Below are positions 26,552 through 41,949 of a stretch of 64,000 nucleotides of DNA, piece by piece (the stretch's first letter is position 1; every line of letters starts with the position of its first letter). Under the pieces are notes generated by a model. The model was not told where the DNA came from, ran no database searches, and worked only from the letters and a program-made list of their open reading frames with translations. The DNA comes from Octopus vulgaris (lineage: Eukaryota): NCBI GenBank assembly GCA_951406725.2, contig OX597829.1:15686001-15750000 (forward strand). The letters run 5' to 3'. The translations under genes were made by a program, and so were the position numbers.

Positions 26552-27493
26552 TATTTGAGAATGTTGTACCCAGGTCAAGGCTCTTTTTCAATTCATGCTT
26601 GTTCTTGGCATATAGTTTCAATCATTCACAAAGAAGCAATGAGTAATTTTGGTATTTCTGTCACCTTATGAAACAATGAGATAAACTTCAGACTTCCACA
26701 GCATAAATGACAAGGGGGTTTACTAAAAGTATGAACAGTATCACAGAGAGGTTGTCCCCCTGGTATATACCTCTGCGACGCTGTCTTTTATCAATAGTAA
26801 TACAATTACACCTTATATTCAATTTCAAGATGGTGGCCTAAGACGAAATGAGGTCAGCTATGGTTTCAAGTATGGTCTCTGGAACTTTAGTACTTTAGAA
26901 TTTCAGAACTTTACAAAGGAGAAGGGTTTCTAGCATCCATGAGCGGTGAACAGAATCAAAGGCTCTCTTGTAGTTCAGGCACATTGAAACTAGGTTCCTC
27001 CTATGCTGTTGCACCTCTGACATTACAGTTGTGTTTATCAACAATTGCTCGGCACTTCTTCAGACACCCTTCTGCACAGCTATTTGTTCTGCTGTGATGT
27101 CATTATTACTTTCACATTCTCATAGAGAAATTGGTTTAAACAGGCTGTATTTATTTTATGTACTAAATTCTGGCGTCCAATTGATCGGTAGTGTTTTACC
27201 ATGTGGGTAGTTCTGCTTTTTAGGGATCAGTTTTGTCCCCGCCAGAGCTCTCATATGTGGTTTACTAATATACCCATTAAGAACTGGCTACAAGCTGATA
27301 GGATATGGTCGGTAAATGTACCTTTTTGTTCTATTGTGCAACAATCAAATCTCTTCTTGGCGCTTTCTCATCCTGATGTTTTCGAATCACCGTCACAAGG
27401 TTATCACCATTGATGCTTTATGTCTTGGGTGTAATACTCGGACAGTATTATGTATGTATGTAAGTTGGTAGGTAGGTAGGTAGGTAGGTAGGT

Positions 27494-28172
27494 AGGCGGT
27501 GAGCTGACAGAAACATTAGCGCGCCGGGCGAAATGCTTAGCGGTATTTCGTCTGCCGCTACGTTCTAAATTCAAATTCCGTCGAGGTCGACTTTGCCTTT
27601 CATCCTTTCGGGGTCGATAAATTAAGTACCAGTTACACACTAGGGTCGATGTAATCGACTTAATCCGTTTGTCTGTCCTTGATTGTTCCCGCTCTATTTA
27701 GCCCCTTGTGGATAGTAAAGAAATATGTAAGTATGTAGGTAGGTAGATAGGTAGGTAGGCAGTGAGCTGACAGAAACGTTAGCGTGCCGGGCGAAATGCT
27801 TAGCGGTATTTCGACTGCTTTTACGTTCTGAGTTCAAATTCCGCCGAGGTCGACTTTGCCTTTCATCCTTTCGGGGTCGATTAAATAAGTACCAGTTACG
27901 CACTGGGGTCGATGTAATCGACTTAATCCGTTTGTCTGTCCTTGTTTGTCCTCTCTGTGTTTAGTCCCTTGTGGATAGTAAAGAAATAGGTATTTCGTCT
28001 GCCACTACGTTCTGAGTTAAAATTCCACCGAGGTCGACTTTGCCTTTCATCCTTTCGGGGTCGATTAAATAAGTACCAGTTACCCACTGGGGTCGATGTA
28101 ATCGACTTAATCCCTTTGTCTGTCCTTGTTTGTCCCCTCTGTGTTTAGCCCCTTGTGGGTAGTAAAGAAATA
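27494..28172 (+). mobile_element. Cluster of Nin-like SINEs (monomer + dimer) embedded in (TAGG)n
   Basis: Units at ~27494-27724, ~27758-27988 and 27989-28172. Confidence 0.92.
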
Positions 28173-28749
28173 GGTAGGTAGATATGTAGGTAGGTAGGTA
28201 GGTAGGTAGGTAGGTAGGTAGGTAGGTAGGTAGGTATGTAGGTAGGTAGGTAGGTTGGTTGGGAGGTAGGTATATACAAGATGCGATAGAAAAACGTTCC
28301 ATATTTTATACAGCCATTAGTGTGCTTCTAATAATTTTAGGCATAGGCTGTAATGCCTTCATTTAGCTAATGGATTCTCGTCTTTCAGTGACCATTGTGA
28401 TTTGAACCGGAGCACACCGAACGATTGCAGTTAAGACATTTGCCAAGAATGGAGAATCAGGGGGGCATTTTTATGCTGCACATTTTATATGGGCGTATAG
28501 CTGTATTTGCATATATATATATCATTGAGTGTGTACGTGTGCATGAGAGACAGAGAAACAGACAGACAGGCAGACAGAGTTGTGTGTGTATTGATATGAA
28601 TGAATGTTACCAGTTTAATTACCAAACGTAATGTTTTTCAGTGAGCCATTTCACATTTTGGACTGCGTACGAATTTGCTCATAAATACATGCGTGTGCCC
28701 GACTATTTGCATGCTTCTGCCTACATAAATATACACACATGTGAATACC

Positions 28750-31750
<3,001 letters not shown>

Positions 31751-31759
31751 TATACGCGA

Positions 31760-32760
31760 AAATGACCAGTGGAATGTTTTTGAATATTAGACAAATACCG
31801 GTGTCAAATACAACAAAAAATATCTTGATTTATTATAACTTGTTTCATTCCAGCTTTAAGACAAACTTTATATGAGAAGGGGAGATAAGCTCAAGAATGA
31901 AGAATTGTATATGTATATAATTAAGCTTGAATGAAATTTCACCTGTGCCTCGGAAAACCTAATTTATGCCATTACCTCCTTAGGGTACTGTAATCAATAT
32001 ATTGGCCAAACAGGAATATTATTCCAATGAAGAACCACTTTTCACAAAGAGCAAATTCGCCACCCACAATACAGACAGATACAGATCAGTGAACACATAG
32101 ATAGGTGTGCTAGGAACCTTAATCTTAATTTTCTAATTTTCTCCTTCAACCAATGTTCACATAACACCTCAGTACAGCAAAGAATGAATAAAGAAGCAAC
32201 TTCCACCAATAAATATCATCCACAACTTACTATGAACACTACATAATACAAAACACTACTAACCTTACGTATAATGACGCTAACACCCATACATTCCTTA
32301 TACCATTCATATTACCGTATTATATCGACCCTAATTGCACCACGTCCAAAACTATTTACCTCCCTTACACCATCTTTTTACTCAGGGACTAGTAGACCCG
32401 ACACATTTCGGTAATCGGTGCGCACTCAAAGCCAGAGAACAGTAAAGACGACACCGGTTTGACTTTGAATCTCTTTAAAAATTCTAAATAATGAATTTAA
32501 TTCCTCTTAATTCTACCTCAATTCATCTAATTGTATTTGTTTATCGCTACTTTTCTTACAAAGCCTTTATTTTTTTATATTCAATGTACATTCTTAATTT
32601 ATATATATATATGTTTTTTATATAAATTTTCATCTGTCCTGCCCGCCAAATTTGGTTCTGGTGTTCGATGAATTTTTCCTCTAGAGAATTCCTTTGTAGT
32701 TTGATCGTTGATGATCTGTTTCTAGCATGCGGCCGACTTCCTAGCAGTCAAGCCCTGCCA
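31760..32760 (+). mobile_element. Penelope-like 3' fragment (GIY-YIG endonuclease + 3' region)
   Basis: FTCASENLIYAITSLGYCNQYIGQTG (31938-32015) and HKEQIRHPQYRQIQISEHIDRC; related to the 20110-23600 element. Confidence 0.85.
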
Positions 32761-32816
<56 letters not shown>

Positions 32817-32829
32817 CCTTTAATATGTA

Positions 32830-32896
<67 letters not shown>

Positions 32897-32967
32897 TAAA
32901 GAAAAGGATAGCAAAACCAAATCAGGAAAAATATATTGTATGTTATATCATTATCATTATTATTGTT

Positions 32968-33185
32968 AAGGCGGCATGCTGGCAGAATCGTTAGCATGCT
33001 GGGCGAAATGTTTTGTGGCATTTCGCCAGTCCCTACGTTCTGAGTTCAAATTCCGCCGAGGTCGACTTTGCCTTTCATCCTTTGGGAGGGGCGATACATC
33101 AAGTACTAGTGAACCACTGGGGGCGATGTAATCGACTAGCCTCTCCCCACAAATATGCGTCTCTGTACCTCCAGTAGAAAGAATT
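32968..33185 (+). mobile_element. Nin-like SINE, short-tail variant
   Basis: Family head and core, then a ccccacaaat...tagaaagaatt tail followed by (TTA)n. Confidence 0.85.
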
Positions 33186-33262
33186 GTCATTGTTATTTTC
33201 ATTATTATTATTATTATTATTGTTGTTGTTGTTGTTGTTGTTTTTATTATTAATACTATTAC

Positions 33263-33337
<75 letters not shown>

Positions 33338-33526
33338 CATTATTATCATCATCATCATCATCATCAATCGGCAGAAACTTACAAGACATTCTTCTAATGG
33401 CAACTACCAAACTACCATACCCCGACCAACCAATCACACAAGCACATATGCGTATACTCTTCCTCACACTAACACGCACGCACACACACACACACAAATA
33501 TGTATATATATAACTGAAAGAACATC

Positions 33527-33603
<77 letters not shown>

Positions 33604-33701
33604 TATTTAATCATATCAAAGGGAAATAGAAATTAATTAAAATTTACATTTCCAGTGGTCTAACGTGTAAAAAATTTAGTCAAAAAGACTATATATTAGT
33701 C

Positions 33702-34080
33702 ATACGATATAGTGTATATTTAAACACATAAGGAATCCACTTATAGGAATTAAACACGCTAGAAAGAACAGCTAGGTTCTATAACCACAAAAATTAGGGA
33801 TAAAATTCGACAGGAACGAATTGAAAATAGAAAAATATTTTACCATCTAGTTTTCTGGACCAATTGGTTTCTGATTTTAGTTTAGCGAGTCAAGGAACTC
33901 GCTAGGTGCAATCTTCTTCAGCAGGACCACCTAGGGTTAAACGTATACACACGTTTACACATTCGTTCCTGTCGAATTTTATCCCTAATTTTTGTGGTTA
34001 TAGAACCTAGCTGTTCTTTCTAGAGTGTTGAATTCCTATAAGTGGATTCCTGATGTGTTTAAATATACACTATATCGTAT
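33702..34080. repeat. 120-bp near-perfect inverted repeat with 139-bp spacer
   Basis: 33702-33821 is the reverse complement of 33961-34080, with ~3 mismatches by eye. Confidence 0.95.
33841..33940 (-). ncRNA. Type I hammerhead ribozyme-like motif with extended stem II
   Basis: Minus strand reads CTG-CTGAAGA-A-GATT-gcacc-TAGCGAGT-tccttg-ACTCGCTA-aactaa-AATC-A-GAAA-CC-AATT-GG-TC-CAG. Helix III is the palindrome ACCAATTGGT; GUC triplet; stem I can extend (CTAG/CTAG) beyond an internal loop. Confidence 0.65.
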
Positions 34081-34099
34081 ATACATACATTCATATATG

Positions 34100-34305
34100 T
34101 TATATGCGTGTCTTTGTGTTTTTCTGCTACCACCTCGTGACAACCGGTGTCAGTGTGTTTACAATGCTATGACATAGCGGTTCGCACATAGACACCAATA
34201 GAATAACTAACAACCTTTCAAAAAATATGTACTGGGGCCGACTAAAATTTTCTTCAAGGCAGTACCCCAGTATGCATGCAGTATAATGAGTGAATGAAAT
34301 AAAAG
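34100..34305 (+). mobile_element. Degenerate CORE-type SINE 3' half
   Basis: caaccggtgtcagtgtgtttac...tagcggttcgcac...aatagaataa. Confidence 0.6.
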
Positions 34306-34349
<44 letters not shown>

Positions 34350-35199
34350 ATGCACGCACACACACACCCATCACTCAAAATAGTTCCCTCAGATATAAAC
34401 AAAAACCCAAATAACCGCACGAAAATTAGGAAATAAAAAAGTCCAGGAAACCATTTCTTAGAGAATATTAACATGAACATTGGTGTGTTTAATATATTTG
34501 TAAGAGAATGAGTTTTGACACATTACAAAGCATAGCCATTGTTCCTAGGAAATATTTTCCTGGCAGCAGACTCATAATGTTTAACTGAATGAATAATTAA
34601 AAAACTGCTTTCATACTCTCGATGAAACACGTAGAAATACGTCAACCAGATGCGCTCCTAGTCACTAACACCCTGCACAGGTAAGCGGCTGCCATCGATT
34701 ATATTGACATAAGAAGAAAGATATAATCTCAATCATAAATTGAATTATCGCAAATTCTGCAACAAAGCCTGCTGGGTTCTCAATAATTCCTCTAGTAAAG
34801 CCGCTTGAGATACTTATCCAAACATTTCTTGCAAGTGGTAAATTCCACAAATATTCATAAGAAGGTGCTATATTCCCTATTCATAAAGGAGTGCACATTG
34901 CAGATATTAAGTCTTGCCGGCTTATCTCCCTGATTTCACATATCAGCGATTTCAAGGAATGAATTAACAGAGGAAAACACACACAGATGTGTGTGTGCGT
35001 GTGTGTATTAACACACACACACATATACATGTATACGCGTATACGTATATACAAATGCGTGTTCGTGTATGTGTGCGTGAACGCATCTGCAAGCCAGGGA
35101 CGTCCGATCCAAGAAAGGCTAAAAAATAAACTGCGCTCTCGATGAGAAAGTATGCTCACTCATTTCTCTGTTTCTCTGGTCAAAATAATGCAAGAAGAA

Positions 35200-36980
35200 A
35201 ACTAAGAAATTCATTTTCAACTTGTCAAATTAGAACAATATTGGATGTGACTAATTCTGAAAGAGCCGAACATAGCTGATAGGAAATGGTGTGCTACAAT
35301 ATCGATATTTCTAGAATCGAGATAAACAGAATGGTGTGGGAAGTACCGATGAAATTGACTTCCCTCAATCACAGAAATAATTCATTAAAAAACTCGCTCG
35401 AGCAACTGCAAACGATATCCGAATGAATTCTTCTTCAAAACCAGTGTGGATCACCAACAATATTATTTTCATTTTGCGACAAATTCAGGCATAAGATTTC
35501 GAGAAAATAGTTCTCACCTTTTATCATATAGGCGTAGGAGTGGATGTGTGGTAAGTAGCTTGCTTACGAACCACATGGTTTAGGGTTCAGTCCATCTGCG
35601 TGGCACCTTGGGTAAGTGTCTTCTACTATAGCCTCGGGCCGACCAAAGCCTTGTGAGTGGATTTGGTAGACAGAAACTGAAAGAAGCCCGTCGTATATAT
35701 GTATATATATATGTATGTGTGTGTATATGTTTTTGTGTCTGTGTTTGTCCCCCCAACATCGCTTGATAACCGATACTGGTGTGTTTACGTCCCCGTAACT
35801 TAGCGGTTCGGCAAAAGAGACCGATAGAATAAGTACTAGGCTTACAAAGAATAAGTCCCGGGGTCGATTTGCTCGACTAAAAAGGTGGTGCTCCAGCATG
35901 GCCACAGTCAAATGACTGAAACAAGTAAAAGAGTAAAAGAGTAAAAGAGATATGCATTACTTTAACGAACACACACGAAAATGAACAAAGGGAAGTCTTA
36001 TGCACTTTACTCAAAAGAAATGGAAGTCCAGTATAAATACGAGAGGTTAGGCATGAACACCACTATACACGATATACCCTTAGGAGAGGAGACAGCACGG
36101 CCTCTTCGCTGGTCATCTATGCAGTAAACATGGCTGAACACTCGTACCTATTTCAAGGCAAATGACGACGGCAAGAGAACTTAGAAGTGGAATGTATATC
36201 CGTATATTCTCACAAGAATGTATGGTGGACTTTTTAAGCTACCTAGACTCGTATCCATCAGGATGTGTCACAATATGCGTAATGGCAAAGTTCACTTCGC
36301 TGATAAACTTATTTTGACTAGTTATTTACCTTGAACGAATCGCGAAAATTGCTCACCATTTTGAATATTGTGTAAGTGTGGTGAATATAAAAAAAGAAGA
36401 AAAAGAAACGATGAAATCTTGTACCAAGTTAAATCTGGAGTGCTCAGTTATCGATTGTAGAAATAATGTGGCATAAAACCGTTACCAAACAGTAGCATTA
36501 TCCTGTTATATTCTGATAAGTCCTATACACTGTATCGTTAAGACATCAAAGATTTCTTGATCTGACGATTGCATCAGCTACAATATATAATCAACATTTG
36601 TTGGTAAGACCCCCACACACACATACACCTCCAACAAGAAAGTCCTGCAGCGTGGAGTTAATTCTGCTGGAATCAAACAACATCCCAACAGAGCTGATGA
36701 CCTTATTGGGACATGTGAAAATACAGCGACTGGCGGTAAAAGATGAAATTTACCACTTGCAAGAAATGTTTGGATAAGTATCTCAAGCGGCTTTACTAGA
36801 GGAATTATTGAGAACCCAGCAGGCTTTGTTGCAGAATTTGTGATAATTCAATTTATGATTGAGATTACATCTTTCTTCTTATGTCAATATAATCGATGGC
36901 AGCCACTTACCTGTGCAGGGTGTTAGTGACTAGGAGCGCATCTGGTTGACGTATTTCTACATGTTTCATCGAGAGTATGA
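35200..36980 (+). mobile_element. Highly degenerate RTE-clade LINE, interrupted by a SINE
   Basis: STCQIRTILDVTNSERAE (~35217; APE start TWNVRT.LD...RPE), YNIDI, GMYIR...RMYGGLFKLPRL (~36190-36250; RTE signature), FAD and NRWQPL at the 3' end. Confidence 0.7.
35531..35949 (+). mobile_element. tRNA-derived CORE-type SINE, full length
   Basis: tRNA-like head, gcaccttgggtaagt CORE-like motif, internal (TA/TG)n and a (GAGTAAAA)n tail. Confidence 0.9.
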
Positions 36981-37205
36981 AAACAGTTTTTTTTTTTTAA
37001 TTATGAAGTAAGGTGTGAAAGTTGTTGAGTCAAATTGAATGAAGCACTCCCCCCCCAAAAAAAAATAGAGGGGAAAAGCTTGAGTAAGATCCACTACAAC
37101 ACGTTTACCAACATCATTTTGCAATACCTGAGGTCTGAGTTGTATAAATGCCATTCATCTACAATTACATGTAAGAAAACAGTTTTCACAATACCTGATT
37201 CATTC

Positions 37206-37362
<157 letters not shown>

Positions 37363-37364
37363 CT

Positions 37365-37500
37365 GTTTCTACTTTAAGCACAAAGCCAGAAAATTTAGGA
37401 AGAGATTCTGCTAATTATATCGATCCTAAAGCTTGACTGGTACTTATTTTATCGACCTCAAGACGACGAAAGGTAAAGTGAAACTTGGCTAAACTTGAAA
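37365..37500 (-). mobile_element. Nin-like SINE fragment
   Basis: actggtacttattttatcgacctcaag...gaaaggtaaagt. Confidence 0.6.
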
Positions 37501-38246
37501 TGTACAAAATAATATTAAAACCAATGACATTTAAAATTACCGAAATACGGTTAAAATAAATGTAAAAGCATTCCTATAAAGAAATTCAAAAACATAGATA
37601 TTAACAGTGAATGTAGCATTAGGAAGAGAAGTGAAATGTTCATTCAAACACACAGGAAATGATGTCCAGTAGGTTAATTAATATAACGTGTTGTTGGCTG
37701 TATTCCCTGGATCTCGTAGCGGATGTATTTCGTAGCGGATGGGCATGCCAAACACCGAAAGATGATAAATGGAACGGCCAGATGGGATAAAATGGTCGCT
37801 TTACGTGTGATGTTTGCAACGAGCACGCATTCGGAGTTTTTGAGTGATTTGATATCGTGATTTAGTCTGAGATTTAAAACAAATGATTGATCATGGCGCA
37901 ATTGTTGAAAGTGTGACATATGAGATTACTTGAAATTACCTACTTAAGAGTACCGGAAGCTAGAGAGCTTATGAATAAAAGGCTTAAAGGGATTCTAGGT
38001 TTACTGAAATAGAGAAATATTTCAGAAATATCGGAACAGTAATAGAGTTTGAGAGTAGAGAAAAAGTAACGGAATTTTCGTTTCAATAAAATATTTACCA
38101 GGTGAAAGATCAAAGAAAGTCAGAAGAGCAGTAACAATTTGGATGTTATGGATCCGGCAGAGAATGGAATCGTCAAAATATCAAGGGTTTATGCGACATA
38201 TTTGTAATGATCTCAAGTCGAAATCAGAATCGATGCTAAAATAAAG

Positions 38247-38541
<295 letters not shown>

Positions 38542-38569
38542 AATAATAGTAATAATAATGGATCATGCA

Positions 38570-38965
38570 TCTATTCTCTCCCCCGCACCTGCCGTCTGCC
38601 GTCTCCCGTTTCCCCTCGCCTAGTCTCCCGTTTCCCCTCACCTACCACCTACCAACGCACCATTCTCTGAGTCTTCCAGCAACTCCAGTCCGACTCCTCC
38701 ACTTCACACATCTTCCCTAACCCACCCCTCCCCTCCTTCAAACGAGCCCACAACCTACGAAACCTCTTGTCCACAGCTTCTTCCCTAACCTAACCTCCCA
38801 ACCCGGCTCGTTCCCCTGCCTCCGCCCACGCTGCCGCACTTGCCCTCCTCATCGGCACCCATCATCGATACTATCACATCACCGACTCCTTTACCTGAAC
38901 TTCTCTACCAACGTCCTCTATTGCATCTCCTGCTCTCTCTGCCCTTCTCTATACATCGGGGAAGC
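38570..38965 (+). mobile_element. Penelope-like GIY-YIG fragment (family A)
   Basis: GSFPCLRPRCRTCP (38805) and NVLYCISCSLCPSLYIGE (38910-38963). Confidence 0.85.
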
Positions 38966-39699
38966 CTACCTTTACTGGTCGATACCTTAACTTCAATCCC
39001 CACCGTCCATAGAGTGTAAAGAGATGGGTTGCTCAGTGCCTAAACATCGAGCAAAGAATATAAGCAGCTATCGTGATATCCACCACGAAGAGATGATCAA
39101 GCTCAGTAACAATCTATTAAGCAACAACTACCTCAAAAACATAATATCTACTCCAATTATGAAGAAAAGAGAGGATGAAACCAATAACCTATCAACAGTC
39201 TGCCTACTCTATGTGAAAGGCTTCTCCGAAGAGATGCAAAAGATATGCAGCCCATATGACATCAGGACAGTAATACAACACTTCGCAAATATCTCCTTAC
39301 TGTAAAACCACCAATAGAAGAGAATATGACCAAAAACTGCGTGCACTCCATCCCATGCAGCTGTGGTAGTTTATACAAAGGTGAAACATGCCGCCCCTTA
39401 TAATAAGAGTAGAGGAACATCGCAAAACTGTGAGACGGGGAGATATTGATAAATCGGGTATAGCTGATTATGTATGGAAAAATGGAGACCACCTCCCTCT
39501 GTGGGATGAAGTTAAAATAATAGACAGAGAACACCACTGAAAAATACAAAACCTTAAAGAAGCAGCACATATGCTCGGACACAACAACCTCTCAAGCAGA
39601 CCGAGTGCAGATATGAATAGCATAGGGGAACCGGTATTAAGGAAGGATATGAAAATATTAGATTTATTAGCCCTAAAAGTTCATTCCATAACGGCCCAC

Positions 39700-39771
39700 G
39701 GGCATATGGCGGAAAGGTTAAGAGCGTGGCTACTAGCCCCTAGATTCCGGGTTCGATTCCAGGCAGTGACC
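39700..39771 (+). promoter_or_regulatory. tRNA-like cassette with internal Pol III A/B boxes inside the Penelope 3' region
   Basis: A box TGGCGGAAAGG (39707-39717), B box GGTTCGATTCC (39750-39760), imperfect acceptor stem; not a functional tRNA. Confidence 0.75.
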
Positions 39772-39877
39772 TGAATAATAATAATAATAATAATAATGAT
39801 AATAATAATAATAATAATGATAATAATAATAATAATAATAACAACAACAACATCGAAAAATTAAGAATTCGAACCAA

Positions 39878-39923
39878 GACACCTGATGAAGGCTGGAGGG
39901 TATATCAGCCGAAACGTCGTGTT
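39878..39923 (+). ncRNA. Minimal type I hammerhead ribozyme (best-preserved copy)
   Basis: GACAC-CTGATGA-A-GGCTG-gagggtatat-CAGCC-GAAA-C-GT-C-GTGTT: 5-bp stem I, 5-bp stem II, loopless helix III, GUC triplet. Predicted cleavage after C39918. Confidence 0.85.
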
Positions 39924-40059
39924 AACAACAAATATGATGTGGACAAATATCCATCAAATGTAAATAATGTAAATAATGTACATAATTCCTCATCTCTTAA
40001 ATATAGAACTGTACACACACTCATATATATATATGTACACATATTTTTTCTTTCTTTTC

Positions 40060-40715
40060 TTTTTGTAGTTTCAGCTCAGAGCTGTGACCATGTTGGTTTA
40101 CCACAGTTTTGGTACGCTATTATTATTGAGAGCCTCCTCTAATAAGTGGCACTTATTGTGGCACTTTGCCGAATGGAGTTTGATGTCGCTACCCTCATTT
40201 TCACATCTTGCCTTCAGGTAGGTTCATATGGGACTCTCGTCAGGAAGAGGCCCTGTTTTGATTTGAAAACACCTACATCCATTTTGTCTAGGTCCCACAA
40301 GTTCTTTAGGAGAATATTAAAAAGCTGTAGGCCCCTGAAACCCAGGCTCTTGCAGTAACTGGTCCTGAAAAGCGATGGTACTGAAGCTGGGATCTTTGGC
40401 ACTGAGCAGTGTCGACGCATTCAGGTATTGGTGTTGCTTTCAATGCCCACCTTCGCTCCGAGGAGTAGAGTCTTAGCTGTTTCAGCCTTTCCCAGTTGCT
40501 GGGCTGTTGCAATGAGACGATCTTCTTTGTGAATCTTTGCTGGATTCCTTCAAGGTCCGCTGTTAAGTTTACACTGTTGGGTGACCATAGCTGAGATCAG
40601 TAATCCAGGTGGCTGAGGACGAATCTCCTCCAGAGGGCCATCAAGGTTTCCATTTCTCTGGTTCTGAACATTCTCAGGATCCAGCCAGCCAGTCGTCAGC
40701 ACTTTCTCGCTATCT
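40060..40715 (-). mobile_element. CR1/L2-group LINE 3' fragment
   Basis: WERLKQLRLYSSERR and SLGFRGLQLFNILLKNL...VFKSK...FLTRVPYEP, typical C-terminal motifs. Confidence 0.75.
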
Positions 40716-40779
40716 GGTAATACATATATACATATATACATATCCACATATATACATATATATATATATATGTATAAGC

Positions 40780-40996
40780 AAGGCACTTTATTTCACGTTG
40801 CTCCAGTTCACTCAGCTGTAGAAATGAGTTGCGACGTCACTGGTGCCAAGCTGTATCGACCTTTGTCTTTCCCTTGGATAACACTGGTGGCGTGGAGAGG
40901 GAGTGATGCATATGCTGGTCTTCCATAAACAACCTTGCCCGGACTAGAGGGTAACTTTCTAGGTGCAATCCCATGGTCATATGACCGAAGGGGATC

Positions 40997-40998
<2 letters not shown>
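40780..40998 (+). mobile_element. 5'-truncated SINE-like repeat
   Basis: ctccagttcactcagctgtagaaatgagt central-domain-like motif; GC-richer island between (TA)n tracts. Confidence 0.45.
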
Positions 40999-40999
<1 letters not shown>

Positions 41000-41043
<44 letters not shown>

Positions 41044-41208
41044 TATATGTATATATGTATGTGTATGTATGTATGTATATGTATGTATATATATAAACAT
41101 GCATATATATACACATATATACACATATATATACATATATGTATACATATATATACATATATATACATACATATATATATACATATACATACATACATAT
41201 ATATAAAC

Positions 41209-41241
<33 letters not shown>

Positions 41242-41280
41242 AATATATGTATATACAGACATATACACATATATATATAT

Positions 41281-41312
<32 letters not shown>

Positions 41313-41630
41313 ATACATATATATGCATATATACATACATATATATATACACATATATATACATACATTATATATATATATATGTACATATATATATATA
41401 TACATATATACATATACGTGTGTGTATGCGCTCGTAATACACATTACACATGCACGGGTATATGTGTATAACGCAGACTTCGGCTCACACACATATATCT
41501 GTGTCACTTTCTCTTTATATATATTAAGTGCTAAAAAGTAGCCAATAATCTAGCCATACAAATATGTATATATGCATGTGTGTCCATATACGTATTTATG
41601 TCTGTGTGTCTCTGTGCGTATATGTGCTGT

Positions 41631-41725
<95 letters not shown>

Positions 41726-41800
41726 AGTCCATATATACATGTACATGTATGTATTAGCATCTATATATACACACACACATATATACATTCGTTTATGTAT
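41000..41800. repeat. (TA)n/(TACA)n low-complexity region
   Basis: Direct. Confidence 0.93.
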
Positions 41801-41949
41801 GTATACATGTACCCATATATCTGCGTGTGCTGTTAAGCGTCTATAATGGGGTAAATTACATTCTATATTCTTAAATATCAAGTTAAAAATCAATAAAAAT
41901 GGTTCCAGAATTTAGCGCTGCTATTTGACGTGCCTGCCACGATCTTCAG

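Larger units (their letters stand above)
24865..27445 (-). mobile_element. Degenerate R4/NeSL-like non-LTR retrotransposon (RT domain), interrupted by two SINEs
   Basis: LNYKRAFDSVHRSW (~26937-26978), RGIYQGDNLSVILF (26733-26774), FGQNKC and YRYLG (ORF 25948-26139). Confidence 0.85.
34593..37004. repeat. ~250-bp inverted repeat pair (34593-34844 / 36748-37004)
   Basis: Arms are reverse complements with ~5 substitutions (all transitions by eye) plus a poly-A/T length difference. Confidence 0.93.
38966..40011 (+). mobile_element. Penelope-like 3' half (family B): RT thumb + GIY-YIG + pLTR
   Basis: RYLNFNPH, VCLLYVKGFSE, NCVHSIPCSCGSLYKGETCRPL (39335), RVEEH, KSGIADYVW and KEAAHM, followed by the 3' tail. 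Confidence 0.88.

Noticed and set aside
32378-32415. Hammerhead in the 3' region of the 31760 Penelope fragment (ggg actagtaga ccc gacac)
   Set aside because: The position is suggestive, but neither CUGANGA nor GAAA is intact.
37690-37900. Cys-rich segment (FTCDVCNEH) as a zinc-finger exon
   Set aside because: In-frame stops on both sides and incomplete ligand spacing; possibly a LINE ORF1 relic, but unsupported.
39700-39771. Functional tRNA gene (also the SINE heads at 17156, 22885, 35531)
   Set aside because: Acceptor and anticodon stems are mismatched and each is embedded in a repeat; these are tRNA-derived promoters only.
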